Assembly: GCA_044463445.1 (NCBI GenBank) | Contig: JBIQMJ010000001.1 | Span: 1-48,901, forward strand | Length of the DNA: 48,901 nucleotides | Origin: Segetibacter koreensis | GTDB taxonomy: Bacteria > Bacteroidota > Bacteroidia > Chitinophagales > Chitinophagaceae | Reading direction: 5' to 3' | Shown here: piece after piece, positions 1-10,111 of the stretch | How positions within the stretch are numbered: position 1 is the stretch's first letter | Layout of the letters: each line of letters opens with the position of its first letter | Made by a program: the position numbers and the translations under genes | Notes under the pieces: generated by a model | Seen by the model: the letters and a program-made list of their open reading frames with translations, nothing else | What the model was told of the DNA's origin: nothing | The model's database searches: none

Positions 1-2
1 AG

Positions 3-428
3 GATTATATTGTAGGAAGAATTTTAAAACCCGAGGCGAGAAGGGATATCATCGAATTTTTTGCAGAAAAAGAAATTCAGCCCACTTCCATGATCGACAT
101 CAGCGACGGCCTCAGCAGCGAAATTTTGCACATTTGCAAAAAGAGCGAAGCGGGTTGCGTTTTATATGAAGAAAAAATTCCGGTAAATGAAATGGCGCGT
201 CAATTTGCCTATAAACTCGAATTGGATCCTACCGCCTGCGCCTTAAGCGGCGGCGAAGATTATGAATTGCTTTTTACCGTAGATCAAAAAGATTTTGATA
301 AGATCTCCGAAAATCCCAACATCAGTATTGTCGGTTATATTACTGAAAAGGAAAAGGGATCTGTTATTATTACAAAAGGAGGAAACACGTATCCCATTAC
401 TGCCCAGGGATGGAATGCGCTGAAATAA
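3..428 (+). CDS. thiL: thiamine-monophosphate kinase, C-terminal part (5' truncated by window edge)
   Basis: Frame open from base 3 (DYIVGRILKPEARRD...); motifs MIDISDGL and ALSGGEDYELLFT are typical of ThiL. Confidence 0.92.
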   Translation, partial: DYIVGRILKPEARRDIIEFFAEKEIQPTSMIDISDGLSSEILHICKKSEAGCVLYEEKIPVNEMARQFAYKLELDPTACALSGGEDYELLFTVDQKDFDKISENPNISIVGYITEKEKGSVIITKGGNTYPITAQGWNALK

Positions 429-479
429 ATTCAACATTTAAATCAAAATTATCGTAACACTTTTACAGGATTATTCATC

Positions 480-1961
480 ATGAGGCGACATTATCTTTTG
501 CTTATTCTTCCCTTTTTATTTTCCTGTTCCGCCTCCAGAAATTACAATCCAAACAAAAAATATTCAAAGCAAGAGCTGCAACAAGACTACACTTTGTTAC
601 GGAATGTTTTAGAAAAAAAACATCCTTCGCTTTATTGGTACACATCCAAAGACAGCATGGATTATTATTTTAATGCGGGATACAATGCCATCCAGGATTC
701 GATGACAGAGCTGCAATTCGGGTGGAAGATCATAGCGCCACTTACTTCTGCAATCCATTGCGGCCATACCAGTTTCAACATGAGCAAAGGGTGGAATCAT
801 TTTATAAAAAACAAAATCATTCCTTCTTTTCCTCTTTATCTGAAAGTATGGAAAGATACCATGATGGTGGTGGGCAATCTTAATTACCAAAATAAACTGA
901 TAAAAAACGGGGCATTTATTTCTTCCATCAACGGCATCAATAACCGGGAAATGATCAATTACATGTTCCATTTCCTGGTAGAAGACGGCTATTCCCAAAA
1001 TATCAATTACATACGGCTAAGCGCTGATTTTCCCTATTATCACCGGAACATTTTTGGATTGTATAAAAGTTACCTGGTCAGCTACACTGACAGTTCCGGC
1101 AAACCTAAAAACGCTGTCATTCCTTATTTTGATCCGGGCGCAGATACGCTCCGAAAAAAAAGAGCGCTCAAGAAAAGAGATAAGGTAAGATATACCCGGC
1201 AGGAAAAAATGGAGCGCGTTCGTTCTTTAGAATTTGATTCTTCCTTTACCCTGATGACTGTGAACGGTTTTTCAAAAGGTCACCTGAAAAGTTTTTTTCG
1301 GCGTTCATTTCGCGAATTAAGAAAAAGTCAGGCAAAAAATCTTGTCATTGACCTGAGGATTAATGGGGGCGGAGATATTATCAATTCTGTTTTTCTGACC
1401 AAATTCCTGCGCAATACTCCTTTTAAAGTGGCAGATACGGCTGTGGCCATCAGCAAGAATCTGGCACCCTATACCCGTTATATTTCAAAAGGTCTTTTAA
1501 ATAATATCGGATTATTTTTTGTTACTCATAAAGAGAAAGACGACAAATATCATTTCGGCTATTGGGAGCGGCATACATTTAAACCAAAGCACAGAAACCA
1601 TTTCAACGGCAATGTTTATATTCTCACCAACGGCCTTACTTTTTCTGCATCATCCATTTTTTGCAGTGCCTTAAAAGGCCAGGATAACATCAAGCTGGTG
1701 GGCGAGGAAACCGGCGGAGGCTGGTATGGCAATTCCGGAATTATGATTCCTGATATTACCTTACCCAATACAAAGCTAAGAGTGAGGTTGCCTTTTTTCC
1801 GGTTGGTGCAATACCAACATATTCCGGTGAAAGGAACGGGAGTAATGCCTGATGTTTTTGTGGGCCCGGACTGGCGCGATATTTTGAATGGCGTTGATAC
1901 CAAAATTGAAAAAGTAAAAGAATTGATTCAGCAGCAGAACGAAGCAGAGAATGAAGATTAG
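480..1961 (+). CDS. S41 family peptidase, lipoprotein
   Basis: Lipobox LFSC; LVIDLRINGGG, TFSASS and VGEETGG S41 motifs; C-terminal GVMPD. Confidence 0.85.
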   Translation: MRRHYLLLILPFLFSCSASRNYNPNKKYSKQELQQDYTLLRNVLEKKHPSLYWYTSKDSMDYYFNAGYNAIQDSMTELQFGWKIIAPLTSAIHCGHTSFNMSKGWNHFIKNKIIPSFPLYLKVWKDTMMVVGNLNYQNKLIKNGAFISSINGINNREMINYMFHFLVEDGYSQNINYIRLSADFPYYHRNIFGLYKSYLVSYTDSSGKPKNAVIPYFDPGADTLRKKRALKKRDKVRYTRQEKMERVRSLEFDSSFTLMTVNGFSKGHLKSFFRRSFRELRKSQAKNLVIDLRINGGGDIINSVFLTKFLRNTPFKVADTAVAISKNLAPYTRYISKGLLNNIGLFFVTHKEKDDKYHFGYWERHTFKPKHRNHFNGNVYILTNGLTFSASSIFCSALKGQDNIKLVGEETGGGWYGNSGIMIPDITLPNTKLRVRLPFFRLVQYQHIPVKGTGVMPDVFVGPDWRDILNGVDTKIEKVKELIQQQNEAENED

Positions 1962-2253
1962 AGATGCATTTTCGTTTATACGTGACCGTTATGCACAAGA
2001 TATACAATATAAATCCTCACTTTTTATTAATTCACTGGCAAATGCTTTTCTTCATTTAATTTAAAATAATTTCCCCGCTGCTGGCCATGGAAAAAGCAAA
2101 CAGGTTTTCTTAATTAATCCAGGCATTCTTAAATGAAAATTCAGATTATTCCTTAGCCCACTGTATTCATCAAAAAATAAAGAAGGCTATTTTGTCCCAC
2201 ACTATATTTGCTTTTATTTACTAAAAGGAGAAAATAAATAGTCCCCAATTTTA

Positions 2254-4176
2254 ATGAGAAAGAATTTTACAATTTCATTCTATTCTTTAATAATTCTGTT
2301 GATCTTTTCTTCAGAATTGTCTGCACAACTTTGTGAAGGAAGTCTTGGAGATCCTGTGGTAAATATCACTTTCGGCTCAGGAAACAATCCGGGTCCTTCG
2401 ATCGGTTCCACTACTAATTATTCCTACGTGCCCAATGGTTGTCCCAATGATGGAAATTATACGATTGCCAATAACATCACCAGTTGTTTTAATAATACAT
2501 GGCACTCAACCACTGATCACACGGGCGATCCTAATGGCTATATGATGGTGGTGAATGCCTCCTACACTCCGGGAGATTTCTTTGTAAAAAAAGTGGATGG
2601 ACTTTGTCCCAATACTACTTATGAATTTGCTGCGTGGATATATAACCTGCTCGAATCTTATGCCTGCTTCGGCAATGGAATAAAACCCAATATTACTTTT
2701 AACATAGAAACACCAACCGGACAGGTTCTTCAAACTTATTCCACCGGTGATATTCCAATGAATTTGGGATGGAAACAATATGGATTCTTTTTTTCTACCA
2801 CCACAGAGATCAACTCAGTGGTTTTAAGAATGACCAACAATGCGCCGGGTGGATGCGGAAACGATTTATTATTAGATGATATAACCTTCAGGGCTTGTGG
2901 GCCGCTGGTTTCTGCAGGTATAAACGGATTATCGGATTCCGTTGATGTTTGTACAGGAGACACTTCTGTATTTACGATTCATGCAGAGGTTTCGCCCGGG
3001 TATTCTGATCCGGTGTATCAGTGGCAGGAAAGCCTGGACGGAGGCGTAACCTTCGCCAATATCGACGGAGCTACCCATCTTATTTATGAAAGACCTGCAA
3101 CCGCTTCGGCCGGAAAATATTTATACAGGTTAGCCGTTTCGCAAAGACAAAATAAAGATGTTTCCTCCTGCTCCATTTATTCAAATTTGGTTTCAATAAG
3201 TGTAAATACATTCCCGGTTATAAATGCCTCAACAATAGGCCATTGCTTAGGAGATTCTCTATTCCTGATTGCCCATGATGCAGTACAATTTATGTGGAAA
3301 GGGCCTGCAGGATTTTCCAGTAATGAACAAAATCCTTTCATCTCAATTAGCACGGCTGCCAATAATGGCAAATATTATGTAACCGGAACTTCTGCTAAAG
3401 GCTGTACCAGCAAGGATTCTTCCGTTGCTTCGCTGTATAGCCGCCCGGAAATCAGTGCAGGAAATGATCAGGAAATTTGCCAGGGCAATTCGGTGAAATT
3501 GAAAAGCACCGGAAACAATATTACTTCTTATCAATGGTTTCCGCAATCAGAACTTTCCAATTCGCAGATTGCTGATCCGGTAGCATCGCCATCTCATACC
3601 ACATTATATGTACTCCAGGTTGCCAATGTTGATTGCAGGGTTTACGATTCTGTTTTGGTTACGGTAAATATCAATCCTTCTGCAAATGCAGGCCCTGACA
3701 AAGTAATTATCAGGGGCCAATCCACAAATCTCGAAGGTGTAGCCGAAGGGACAGATATAACGTATTTATGGACACCCGGAAATAACATCACCACAAATGC
3801 ATCTCTCACACCTGTTGTTAATCCCTTGGCTTCACAAATTTATGTGTTGAATGTTTTTTCAGGAAAGGGTTGTGAGACAGCGAGAGACAGCGTGTTAGTA
3901 AAGGTCTACCAGCAATTGTATGTTCCCAATGCTTTTTCGCCCAATGGAGACGGAATCAACGACACATGGTTCATTGAAACACTAAAAGCCTATCCCGGCG
4001 CCGAAGTGAAAGTTTTTAACAGGCTGGGGCAAAAGATTTTTGATAACAACGGACAGAATATTTCATGGGATGGAAAATTTAAAGGCGAGTTGCAAAATGC
4101 CGGCATCTACGTATACCTCATTGATCTAAAAAATAATGGCCCGGTCATAAAAGGAAAAGTCCTTCTTATTTTATAA
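2254..4176 (+). CDS. T9SS type-B sorting (gliding motility-associated C-terminal) domain surface protein with Ig/PKD-like repeats
   Basis: Signal peptide; C-terminal VPNAFSPNGDGINDTW...IF...WDG...GIYVY; AGNDQEIC and AGPDKVI repeats. Confidence 0.9.
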   Translation: MRKNFTISFYSLIILLIFSSELSAQLCEGSLGDPVVNITFGSGNNPGPSIGSTTNYSYVPNGCPNDGNYTIANNITSCFNNTWHSTTDHTGDPNGYMMVVNASYTPGDFFVKKVDGLCPNTTYEFAAWIYNLLESYACFGNGIKPNITFNIETPTGQVLQTYSTGDIPMNLGWKQYGFFFSTTTEINSVVLRMTNNAPGGCGNDLLLDDITFRACGPLVSAGINGLSDSVDVCTGDTSVFTIHAEVSPGYSDPVYQWQESLDGGVTFANIDGATHLIYERPATASAGKYLYRLAVSQRQNKDVSSCSIYSNLVSISVNTFPVINASTIGHCLGDSLFLIAHDAVQFMWKGPAGFSSNEQNPFISISTAANNGKYYVTGTSAKGCTSKDSSVASLYSRPEISAGNDQEICQGNSVKLKSTGNNITSYQWFPQSELSNSQIADPVASPSHTTLYVLQVANVDCRVYDSVLVTVNINPSANAGPDKVIIRGQSTNLEGVAEGTDITYLWTPGNNITTNASLTPVVNPLASQIYVLNVFSGKGCETARDSVLVKVYQQLYVPNAFSPNGDGINDTWFIETLKAYPGAEVKVFNRLGQKIFDNNGQNISWDGKFKGELQNAGIYVYLIDLKNNGPVIKGKVLLIL

Positions 4177-4287
4177 AAAATGGAAGTAAACCAATAAATA
4201 ATTCTCTTTTTTATTTCACCGGAATTAAGGACACCTGTTCATTTTAAATCCTGATCAAAATATTTATGATTAATAAAAAAGTTTTTC

Positions 4288-4324
4288 TACTTTTGTTAAC
4301 CAGTTAGTTAAATCATATGGTTAA
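4288..4324 (+). promoter_or_regulatory. Bacteroidota -7 promoter element (TACTTTTG) followed by two overlapping palindromic putative TetR operators
   Basis: TACTTTTG 4288-4295; TTAACCAGTTAGTTAA 4296-4311; TAAATCATATGGTTAA 4309-4324 overlapping the ATG. Confidence 0.6.
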
Positions 4325-4925
4325 AGAAAAATCTACAGAAGAAAAAATTCTCGCGGCAGCAAAAAAAGTTTTTGTATCAAATGGAATGGCAGGCGCCCGT
4401 ATGCAGGATATTGCTGATGAGGCCGGGATCAATAAGGCATTACTCCATTATTATTTCAGGAATAAAGAAAAGTTGTTCGAAGTAGTTTTTATGGAAGCCG
4501 CACAAAAGTTGTTTCCAAAGATCAATTCCATTTTTGAATCGGATGCTTCCTTATTTGATAAGATTGAAAATTTCAGTGAGGAATATATCACTATTATGTC
4601 GGAGAACCCTTACCTGCCTTTGTTTGTATTGAATGAGATCAGCAAGGATCCTGAAAATTTTTTGCAAAAATTCTTTGACGAAAAGAGTTTTCCAAAACCT
4701 CAGAAATTTCTTGAGCAGATAGAAAAAGAAGTGAAGAAAGGAACTATAAAAAAAATAAGCCCTTTGCATTTGCTCATCAACCTGATCTCTATGTCTATTT
4801 TTCCTTTTGTCGGAAAGCCGATGATCCAGTTTACAATGGGGCTGGATGAAATGCAGTTCCGGAATGTGATGAATCAAAGAAAAAAAGAAATCCCAAAATT
4901 TATTATTGATTCAATAAAAAAATGA
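4317..4925 (+). CDS. TetR/AcrR family transcriptional regulator
   Basis: EKILAAAKKVF..GMAGARMQDIADEAGINKALLHYYFRNKEKLF helix-turn-helix. Confidence 0.95.
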   Translation: MVKEKSTEEKILAAAKKVFVSNGMAGARMQDIADEAGINKALLHYYFRNKEKLFEVVFMEAAQKLFPKINSIFESDASLFDKIENFSEEYITIMSENPYLPLFVLNEISKDPENFLQKFFDEKSFPKPQKFLEQIEKEVKKGTIKKISPLHLLINLISMSIFPFVGKPMIQFTMGLDEMQFRNVMNQRKKEIPKFIIDSIKK

Positions 4926-6235
4926 CTCTTTACATGTATAAATTATCCATTTGGTTAAGAAGTATATTCTTTTTGAATCTGATTATCCTTGTCATCCTGC
5001 CAACAGGTTCGCAATTGCATGCACAACCGCAAACGCTGTCCATCGAAGAAGCGTACCAACTGGCAAGAAAAAATTATCCACTGGTTCAGCAAAGAGATTT
5101 AATTGCTAAGACAAAAGACTATTCAGTTTCAAATGCGGCAAAAGGATACTTGCCGGTATTTTCTGTAAACGGGCAGGCGACGTATCAATCAACAGTAACC
5201 AGCTTTCCATTCCAGGTTCCGGGTTTTGCAATTCCCGAGTTCAGCCGGGATCAATATAAATTGTATGCGCAGGCAGACCAGGTGATTTATGATGGAGGTG
5301 TCATTAAAAATAAAAAGGAAACTGCAAAAGCCAGTGAAGAGGTTCAACAACAAAACCTTGAAGTAGAATTATACGCATTATACGACCGTGTCAACCAGCT
5401 TTTTTTTGGTGCGCTGTTGATAGATGAACAATTAAAGCAAAACGATTTATTGCAACAGGATATACAAAACGGAATTGAAAAGGCAAAAGCTTTGGTGACC
5501 AATGGCGTGGCTTACAGAAGCAGTGTTGATGAATTGTCGGCGCAGCTTCTGCAGGTGCAGCAATCAAAAGTTGAATTTCTGGCTGCGAAGAAATCATATT
5601 TAGATATGCTTGGCCTTTTCATTAATTCCCCGCTTAGTGACAGCACTATCCTTGAAAAGCCTGCTGCGCCTGTATTGGCGGGCAATATTACCCGGCCTGA
5701 ATTACTGGCTTTTGAATATCAGAAAAAAATTTTCGACCTGCAGGAAAAGTTGCTCCAGGATCAGTTAAAACCGAGGGTAAGTTTTTTTGTCCAGGGTGGA
5801 TATGGCCGACCCGGGCTTAATTTTTTGAGTAACCATTTTGAATGGTATTATATGGGCGGAGTGCGATTAAGCTGGAATTTCGGAAGCCTCTATTCTTTAA
5901 AAAACAATCAGCATTTACTGGATATCAATAAAAATTCACTCGATATACAAAAAGAAACTTTTCTTTTTAATACAAAAATTTCGCAAATGCAGCAGAATCG
6001 CAATGTTCAAAAATATGACAGCCTCCTTGAAAAGGACAATGCAATCATTGGCCTGAGAGCCTCGGTAAAGAAAGCAGCCCTTGCCCAACTGGAAAATGGA
6101 GTGCTCAGCGCGCATGATTACATCAGCCAGGTAAATGCAGAAGACCAGGCAAGGCAAAGCAGGATTCTTCATGAAATGCAGTTGTTGCAGGCGCAATATA
6201 GTTATCAGAATATTGTAGGAAATATCAAAAAATAA
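4922..6235 (+). CDS. TolC family outer-membrane efflux protein
   Basis: Signal peptide, LSIEEAYQLARKNYP start, coiled-coil pattern, position in efflux operon. Confidence 0.9.
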   Translation: MTLYMYKLSIWLRSIFFLNLIILVILPTGSQLHAQPQTLSIEEAYQLARKNYPLVQQRDLIAKTKDYSVSNAAKGYLPVFSVNGQATYQSTVTSFPFQVPGFAIPEFSRDQYKLYAQADQVIYDGGVIKNKKETAKASEEVQQQNLEVELYALYDRVNQLFFGALLIDEQLKQNDLLQQDIQNGIEKAKALVTNGVAYRSSVDELSAQLLQVQQSKVEFLAAKKSYLDMLGLFINSPLSDSTILEKPAAPVLAGNITRPELLAFEYQKKIFDLQEKLLQDQLKPRVSFFVQGGYGRPGLNFLSNHFEWYYMGGVRLSWNFGSLYSLKNNQHLLDINKNSLDIQKETFLFNTKISQMQQNRNVQKYDSLLEKDNAIIGLRASVKKAALAQLENGVLSAHDYISQVNAEDQARQSRILHEMQLLQAQYSYQNIVGNIKK

Positions 6236-6258
6236 TACAAATTTTAAAGTAATATAAA

Positions 6259-7200
6259 ATGAAAATTCGGATCCTCTTGTACGTTGGCCTGATGAGCCTG
6301 GTGCTTTTCGCATGCGATAACAATAAGCCCGATTTTGATGCTTCAGGAACATTTGAAGCAGATGAAGTAGTGGTTTCTTCAGAAGTGGCAGGGCAAATAA
6401 AAGCCCTCGACATTAGGGAAGGTTCTGTTTTGGCAAAAGACAGCATCGTTGGATTTATTGATTCTATACCGCTGTCGCTACAAAAAGAGCAGATCGAAGC
6501 GAATATCAGCGCCCTGCAGGAGAAGACCACCAATGTAGCACCACAGGTAAAACTTTTACAAGACCAGATATCCGTATTAAAAGTGCAGATGGAACATGCT
6601 GTTCATGAAAAGGAAAGAACCGAACGTTTAATAAAGGCGGATGCGGCCACCCAAAAACAATTGGATGATCTTAACAACCAAATCAAAATATATCAAAAGC
6701 AAATTGCTGTAAATGAGCAACAGATTAAAGTACAGGAATCAGCGACCGGAACCCAAAACAGAAGTATTCTCAGCGAATCCAAGCCGTTGAAAAAATCAGT
6801 TGCCCTGATCGAAGACCAGTTGAAACGCACATTGATAAAAAATCCAATCAACGGCACAGTACTTACCAAATATGCAATGGAAGGAGAATACACTACTCCG
6901 GGTAAGGCATTGTACTCTATAGGCGACCTTTCCGTAATTACATTAAGAGTATATGTAACAGGAACCCAGTTTGCTCAGATCAAATTAAACCAACCGGTAA
7001 AAGTGTTTGTGGACAGTACCGCCAACAGCTCTAAAGAATATCCGGGCGTGATCACATGGATTTCTGATAAAGCAGAATTCACTCCAAAAACGATTCAGAC
7101 AAAGGATGAAAGAGCCAATCTCGTGTATGCGGTGAAGATTCATGTAAAAAATGATGGCCTGCTTAAGATTGGGATGTATGGTCAAGTAAAATTTAATTAA
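6259..7200 (+). CDS. HlyD/YbhG-like efflux periplasmic adaptor lipoprotein
   Basis: LFAC lipobox; SGTFEADEV; AEFTPKTIQT..ER..LVYAVK; LKIGM. Confidence 0.92.
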   Translation: MKIRILLYVGLMSLVLFACDNNKPDFDASGTFEADEVVVSSEVAGQIKALDIREGSVLAKDSIVGFIDSIPLSLQKEQIEANISALQEKTTNVAPQVKLLQDQISVLKVQMEHAVHEKERTERLIKADAATQKQLDDLNNQIKIYQKQIAVNEQQIKVQESATGTQNRSILSESKPLKKSVALIEDQLKRTLIKNPINGTVLTKYAMEGEYTTPGKALYSIGDLSVITLRVYVTGTQFAQIKLNQPVKVFVDSTANSSKEYPGVITWISDKAEFTPKTIQTKDERANLVYAVKIHVKNDGLLKIGMYGQVKFN

Positions 7201-7205
7201 ATACA

Positions 7206-8129
7206 ATGCAACCGGTATCTGTTGAAAATATTATAAAAACTTACCGCTCTAAAAAAATGAAAGCAGAAGCATTGAAGGGTATTTCCTTTTCTGTGGACAG
7301 AAGCGAAATCTTTGGAATAATCGGGCCGGATGGCGCGGGCAAAACCTCTCTGTTCCGGATCCTGTCGACTTTATTATTGGCAGACAGTGGCAAGGCATTA
7401 GTGGATGGCTTTGACGTGGTAAAAGATTATAAACAAATTCGAAATCGCGTGGGTTATATGCCGGGAAAATTTTCTTTGTACCAGGATCTATCCGTACAGG
7501 AAAATCTTGAATTTTTCGCAACCATTTTCGGAACTACCATCCAAAAAAATTATGACCTGATCAAAGATATTTATCAGCAGATAGAGCCTTTTAAAAACCG
7601 GAAAGCGGGCCAGTTGTCCGGCGGTATGAAACAAAAGCTGGCGCTCAGTTGTGCTTTGATACATAAACCATCTGTATTGTTTTTGGATGAGCCAACTACC
7701 GGCGTAGATGCAGTCTCAAGAAAAGAGTTCTGGGAAATGCTACATCGACTTAAAGAGCAGGAAATTACCATCCTGGTTTCAACCGCTTATATGGATGAAG
7801 CCAATTTATGTGATAGAGTGGCATTGATCCAAAAAGGAAAAATACTTTCTGTTAATACTCCCGAAGGAATCACCAAAGAATTTAAAAAGCCTTTGTGGGC
7901 CATCAAAAGCGACGAGATGTTTGCGTTGATGAATGCAATTAAAAAAGATCCGCGGGTAGAGAGTTGCTATTCATTCGGGCAATATCATCATGTGGTTTTT
8001 AAATCAGAAAAAAATAATAAAGAGGATCTTGAAAACATTTCAGCCAAAGGAAATTTTTCGGGTGTTGAAATACGCGCTATTCAACCGGGCATTGAAGATT
8101 GTTTTATGGCATTAATGGCTGATAGCTGA
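7206..8129 (+). CDS. ABC transporter ATP-binding protein (YbhF N-half-like)
   Basis: Walker A GPDGAGKT, LSGGMKQK, DEPTTGVD. Confidence 0.95.
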   Translation: MQPVSVENIIKTYRSKKMKAEALKGISFSVDRSEIFGIIGPDGAGKTSLFRILSTLLLADSGKALVDGFDVVKDYKQIRNRVGYMPGKFSLYQDLSVQENLEFFATIFGTTIQKNYDLIKDIYQQIEPFKNRKAGQLSGGMKQKLALSCALIHKPSVLFLDEPTTGVDAVSRKEFWEMLHRLKEQEITILVSTAYMDEANLCDRVALIQKGKILSVNTPEGITKEFKKPLWAIKSDEMFALMNAIKKDPRVESCYSFGQYHHVVFKSEKNNKEDLENISAKGNFSGVEIRAIQPGIEDCFMALMADS

Positions 8130-8159
8130 TAGCTGACAACTGATACCTATTAGCCGTTA
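8118..8159 (+). repeat. degenerate heptamer tandem repeat (GCTGATA)x6
   Basis: GCTGATA GCTGATA GCTGACA ACTGATA CCTATTA GCCGTTA; it supplies the stop codon of the upstream gene. Confidence 0.8.
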
Positions 8160-8179
8160 GCACAAAATTAATTAGTAAG

Positions 8180-8923
8180 ATGAAAGATGACAAAGTGATC
8201 ACCGCAAACGAACTCACCAAAAAATTTGGGGATTTTACTGCTGTTGATAAAATATCTTTTAAAGTTCAGCGGGGAGAGATTTTCGGATTTCTTGGTGCCA
8301 ACGGTGCAGGCAAAACTACGGCAATGCGTATGTTGTGCGGATTATCTTTACCTACGTCAGGAGAAGCTACTGTAGCGGGTTATGATGTATATAAACAAAA
8401 TGAACTGATTAAAAAAAATATTGGCTACATGAGCCAGAAATTTTCTTTGTATGAAGATCTGACGATAAAGGAAAATATTCGTTTTTATGCAGGTATATAT
8501 GGATTAGCAGATAAAGAAATAAAGGAGAAAATTCAATTATTAGTGAAGCAACTTCACCTTGAAGGAGAAGAAAAAACATTGGTAAGATCGTTACCGCTGG
8601 GATGGAAACAAAAATTGGCTTTTTCTATTGCTATTGTTCATGATCCGGCAATTGTTTTTCTGGATGAGCCCACAGGGGGTGTTGACCCGATAACGCGGCG
8701 GGAATTCTGGACATTGATCTATGAAGCATCGGCAAGGGGTATCACTATTTTTGTAACCACTCATTATATGGACGAAGCAGAATATTGTAATCGTGTATCC
8801 ATTATGGTTGATGGCAGAATTGAGGCACTGGATTCACCGGCAAATTTACAGAAAAATTATTCTGCAAAATCAATGGATGAAGTGTTTTTGCATTTGGCGA
8901 GGAAGGCGGTTAGGAGTGAATAG
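8180..8923 (+). CDS. ABC transporter ATP-binding protein (YbhF C-half-like)
   Basis: GANGAGKT, LPLGWKQK, DEPTGGVD, TTHYMDEAE. Confidence 0.95.
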   Translation: MKDDKVITANELTKKFGDFTAVDKISFKVQRGEIFGFLGANGAGKTTAMRMLCGLSLPTSGEATVAGYDVYKQNELIKKNIGYMSQKFSLYEDLTIKENIRFYAGIYGLADKEIKEKIQLLVKQLHLEGEEKTLVRSLPLGWKQKLAFSIAIVHDPAIVFLDEPTGGVDPITRREFWTLIYEASARGITIFVTTHYMDEAEYCNRVSIMVDGRIEALDSPANLQKNYSAKSMDEVFLHLARKAVRSE

Positions 8924-8997
8924 ATGGTAGCTGATAGCCGTTAGTTCAGGACATTAAAATATTTGCTTAGAAGGCTATAGCTAACGGCTGAAAGTTA
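8923..8997. repeat. inverted pair of heptamer repeat tracts
   Basis: GATGGTA GCTGATA GCCGTTA then GCTATA GCTAACG GCTGAAA; AGCCGTTAG (8936-8944) is the reverse complement of CTAACGGCT (8981-8989). Confidence 0.7.
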
Positions 8998-9004
8998 AAA
9001 AACC

Positions 9005-10111
9005 ATGAACCAATTTTTCATTTTTGTAAAGAAAGAATGGCTCCATATCTGGAGAGACAGGCGGACTTTGTTTATCCTGGTATGGATGCCTATAGTGCAG
9101 ATTATTTTGTATGGATTTGCTTTGACCAATGAAGTGAAGAATGCTAAAATTGCTGTTTTTAATCAGTCAAATGATGCAGCAACCACCACTATTATTAATG
9201 AAATTAATGCGAGCCGTTATTTTAAAATTGTAAAAGATCTTCATTCGTATGACGAAATAGGCGCCACATTCCGTGAGGGAATAATAAGGCTTGCAGTTGT
9301 TTTTCCGCAAAATTTCCAGTACCATCTGCTGCATAAGAATTATGCACAAATACAATTGATTGCAGATGCTTCCGATCCCAATACAGCTAACACTCTCACT
9401 TATTATGCCACTGCGATCATTCATGATTACCAGCAGTCTCTGAATCAAAATAAAGACCTTCCTTACACGATAAAAACAAACTTACGCATGCTTTACAACC
9501 CGGAATTAAAATCATCTTACAGCTTCGTGCCGGGTGTAATGGCTTTAGTGCTCATGCTGGTGTGCGCCATGATGACCTCAATTGCTATTGTAAGAGAAAA
9601 AGAATTGGGCACTATGGAAGTGATATTGGTTTCTCCCTTAAAACCTTTCCGGATAATTATCGCCAAGACCATTCCTTATCTCGCCGTATCCATATTTAAT
9701 ATAGCCTGCATTCTTTTGCTTAGTGTATATGTTCTTGGTGTACCTATAAATGGCAGCCTGGCCTTATTGGTAATGGAAAGTATTTTGTTTACCATCACTG
9801 CGCTGGCCATCGGCATCTTAATTTCAACTACGGCTTCCACACAGCAGTCTGCTATGTTTACATCGTTGCTGAGTTTGTTTTTGCCCACTTTATTATTCAG
9901 CGGTTTTTTATTTCCTATTGAAAGCATGCCCTGGCCCTTGCAGTTAATTTCAAATATCGTTCCGGCAAAGTGGTATTATATCATTGTGGAATCTGTAATG
10001 ATAAAAGGATTGGGTTTCTGGGCAGTGTGGAAAGAAACATTGATCCTGGTAGTAATGACCTTAGTGTTATTAGGCATTAGTATCAGAAATTTTAAAATCA
10101 GGCTGGCATGA
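9005..10111 (+). CDS. ABC-2 type permease (YbhS-like)
   Basis: KEWLHIWRDRR, LYNPEL, AIVREKELGTME; several TM helices. Confidence 0.93.
   Translation: MNQFFIFVKKEWLHIWRDRRTLFILVWMPIVQIILYGFALTNEVKNAKIAVFNQSNDAATTTIINEINASRYFKIVKDLHSYDEIGATFREGIIRLAVVFPQNFQYHLLHKNYAQIQLIADASDPNTANTLTYYATAIIHDYQQSLNQNKDLPYTIKTNLRMLYNPELKSSYSFVPGVMALVLMLVCAMMTSIAIVREKELGTMEVILVSPLKPFRIIIAKTIPYLAVSIFNIACILLLSVYVLGVPINGSLALLVMESILFTITALAIGILISTTASTQQSAMFTSLLSLFLPTLLFSGFLFPIESMPWPLQLISNIVPAKWYYIIVESVMIKGLGFWAVWKETLILVVMTLVLLGISIRNFKIRLA

Noticed and set aside
8118-8997. CRISPR array interpretation of the short repeats
   Set aside because: 7-bp units with no spacers and no cas genes
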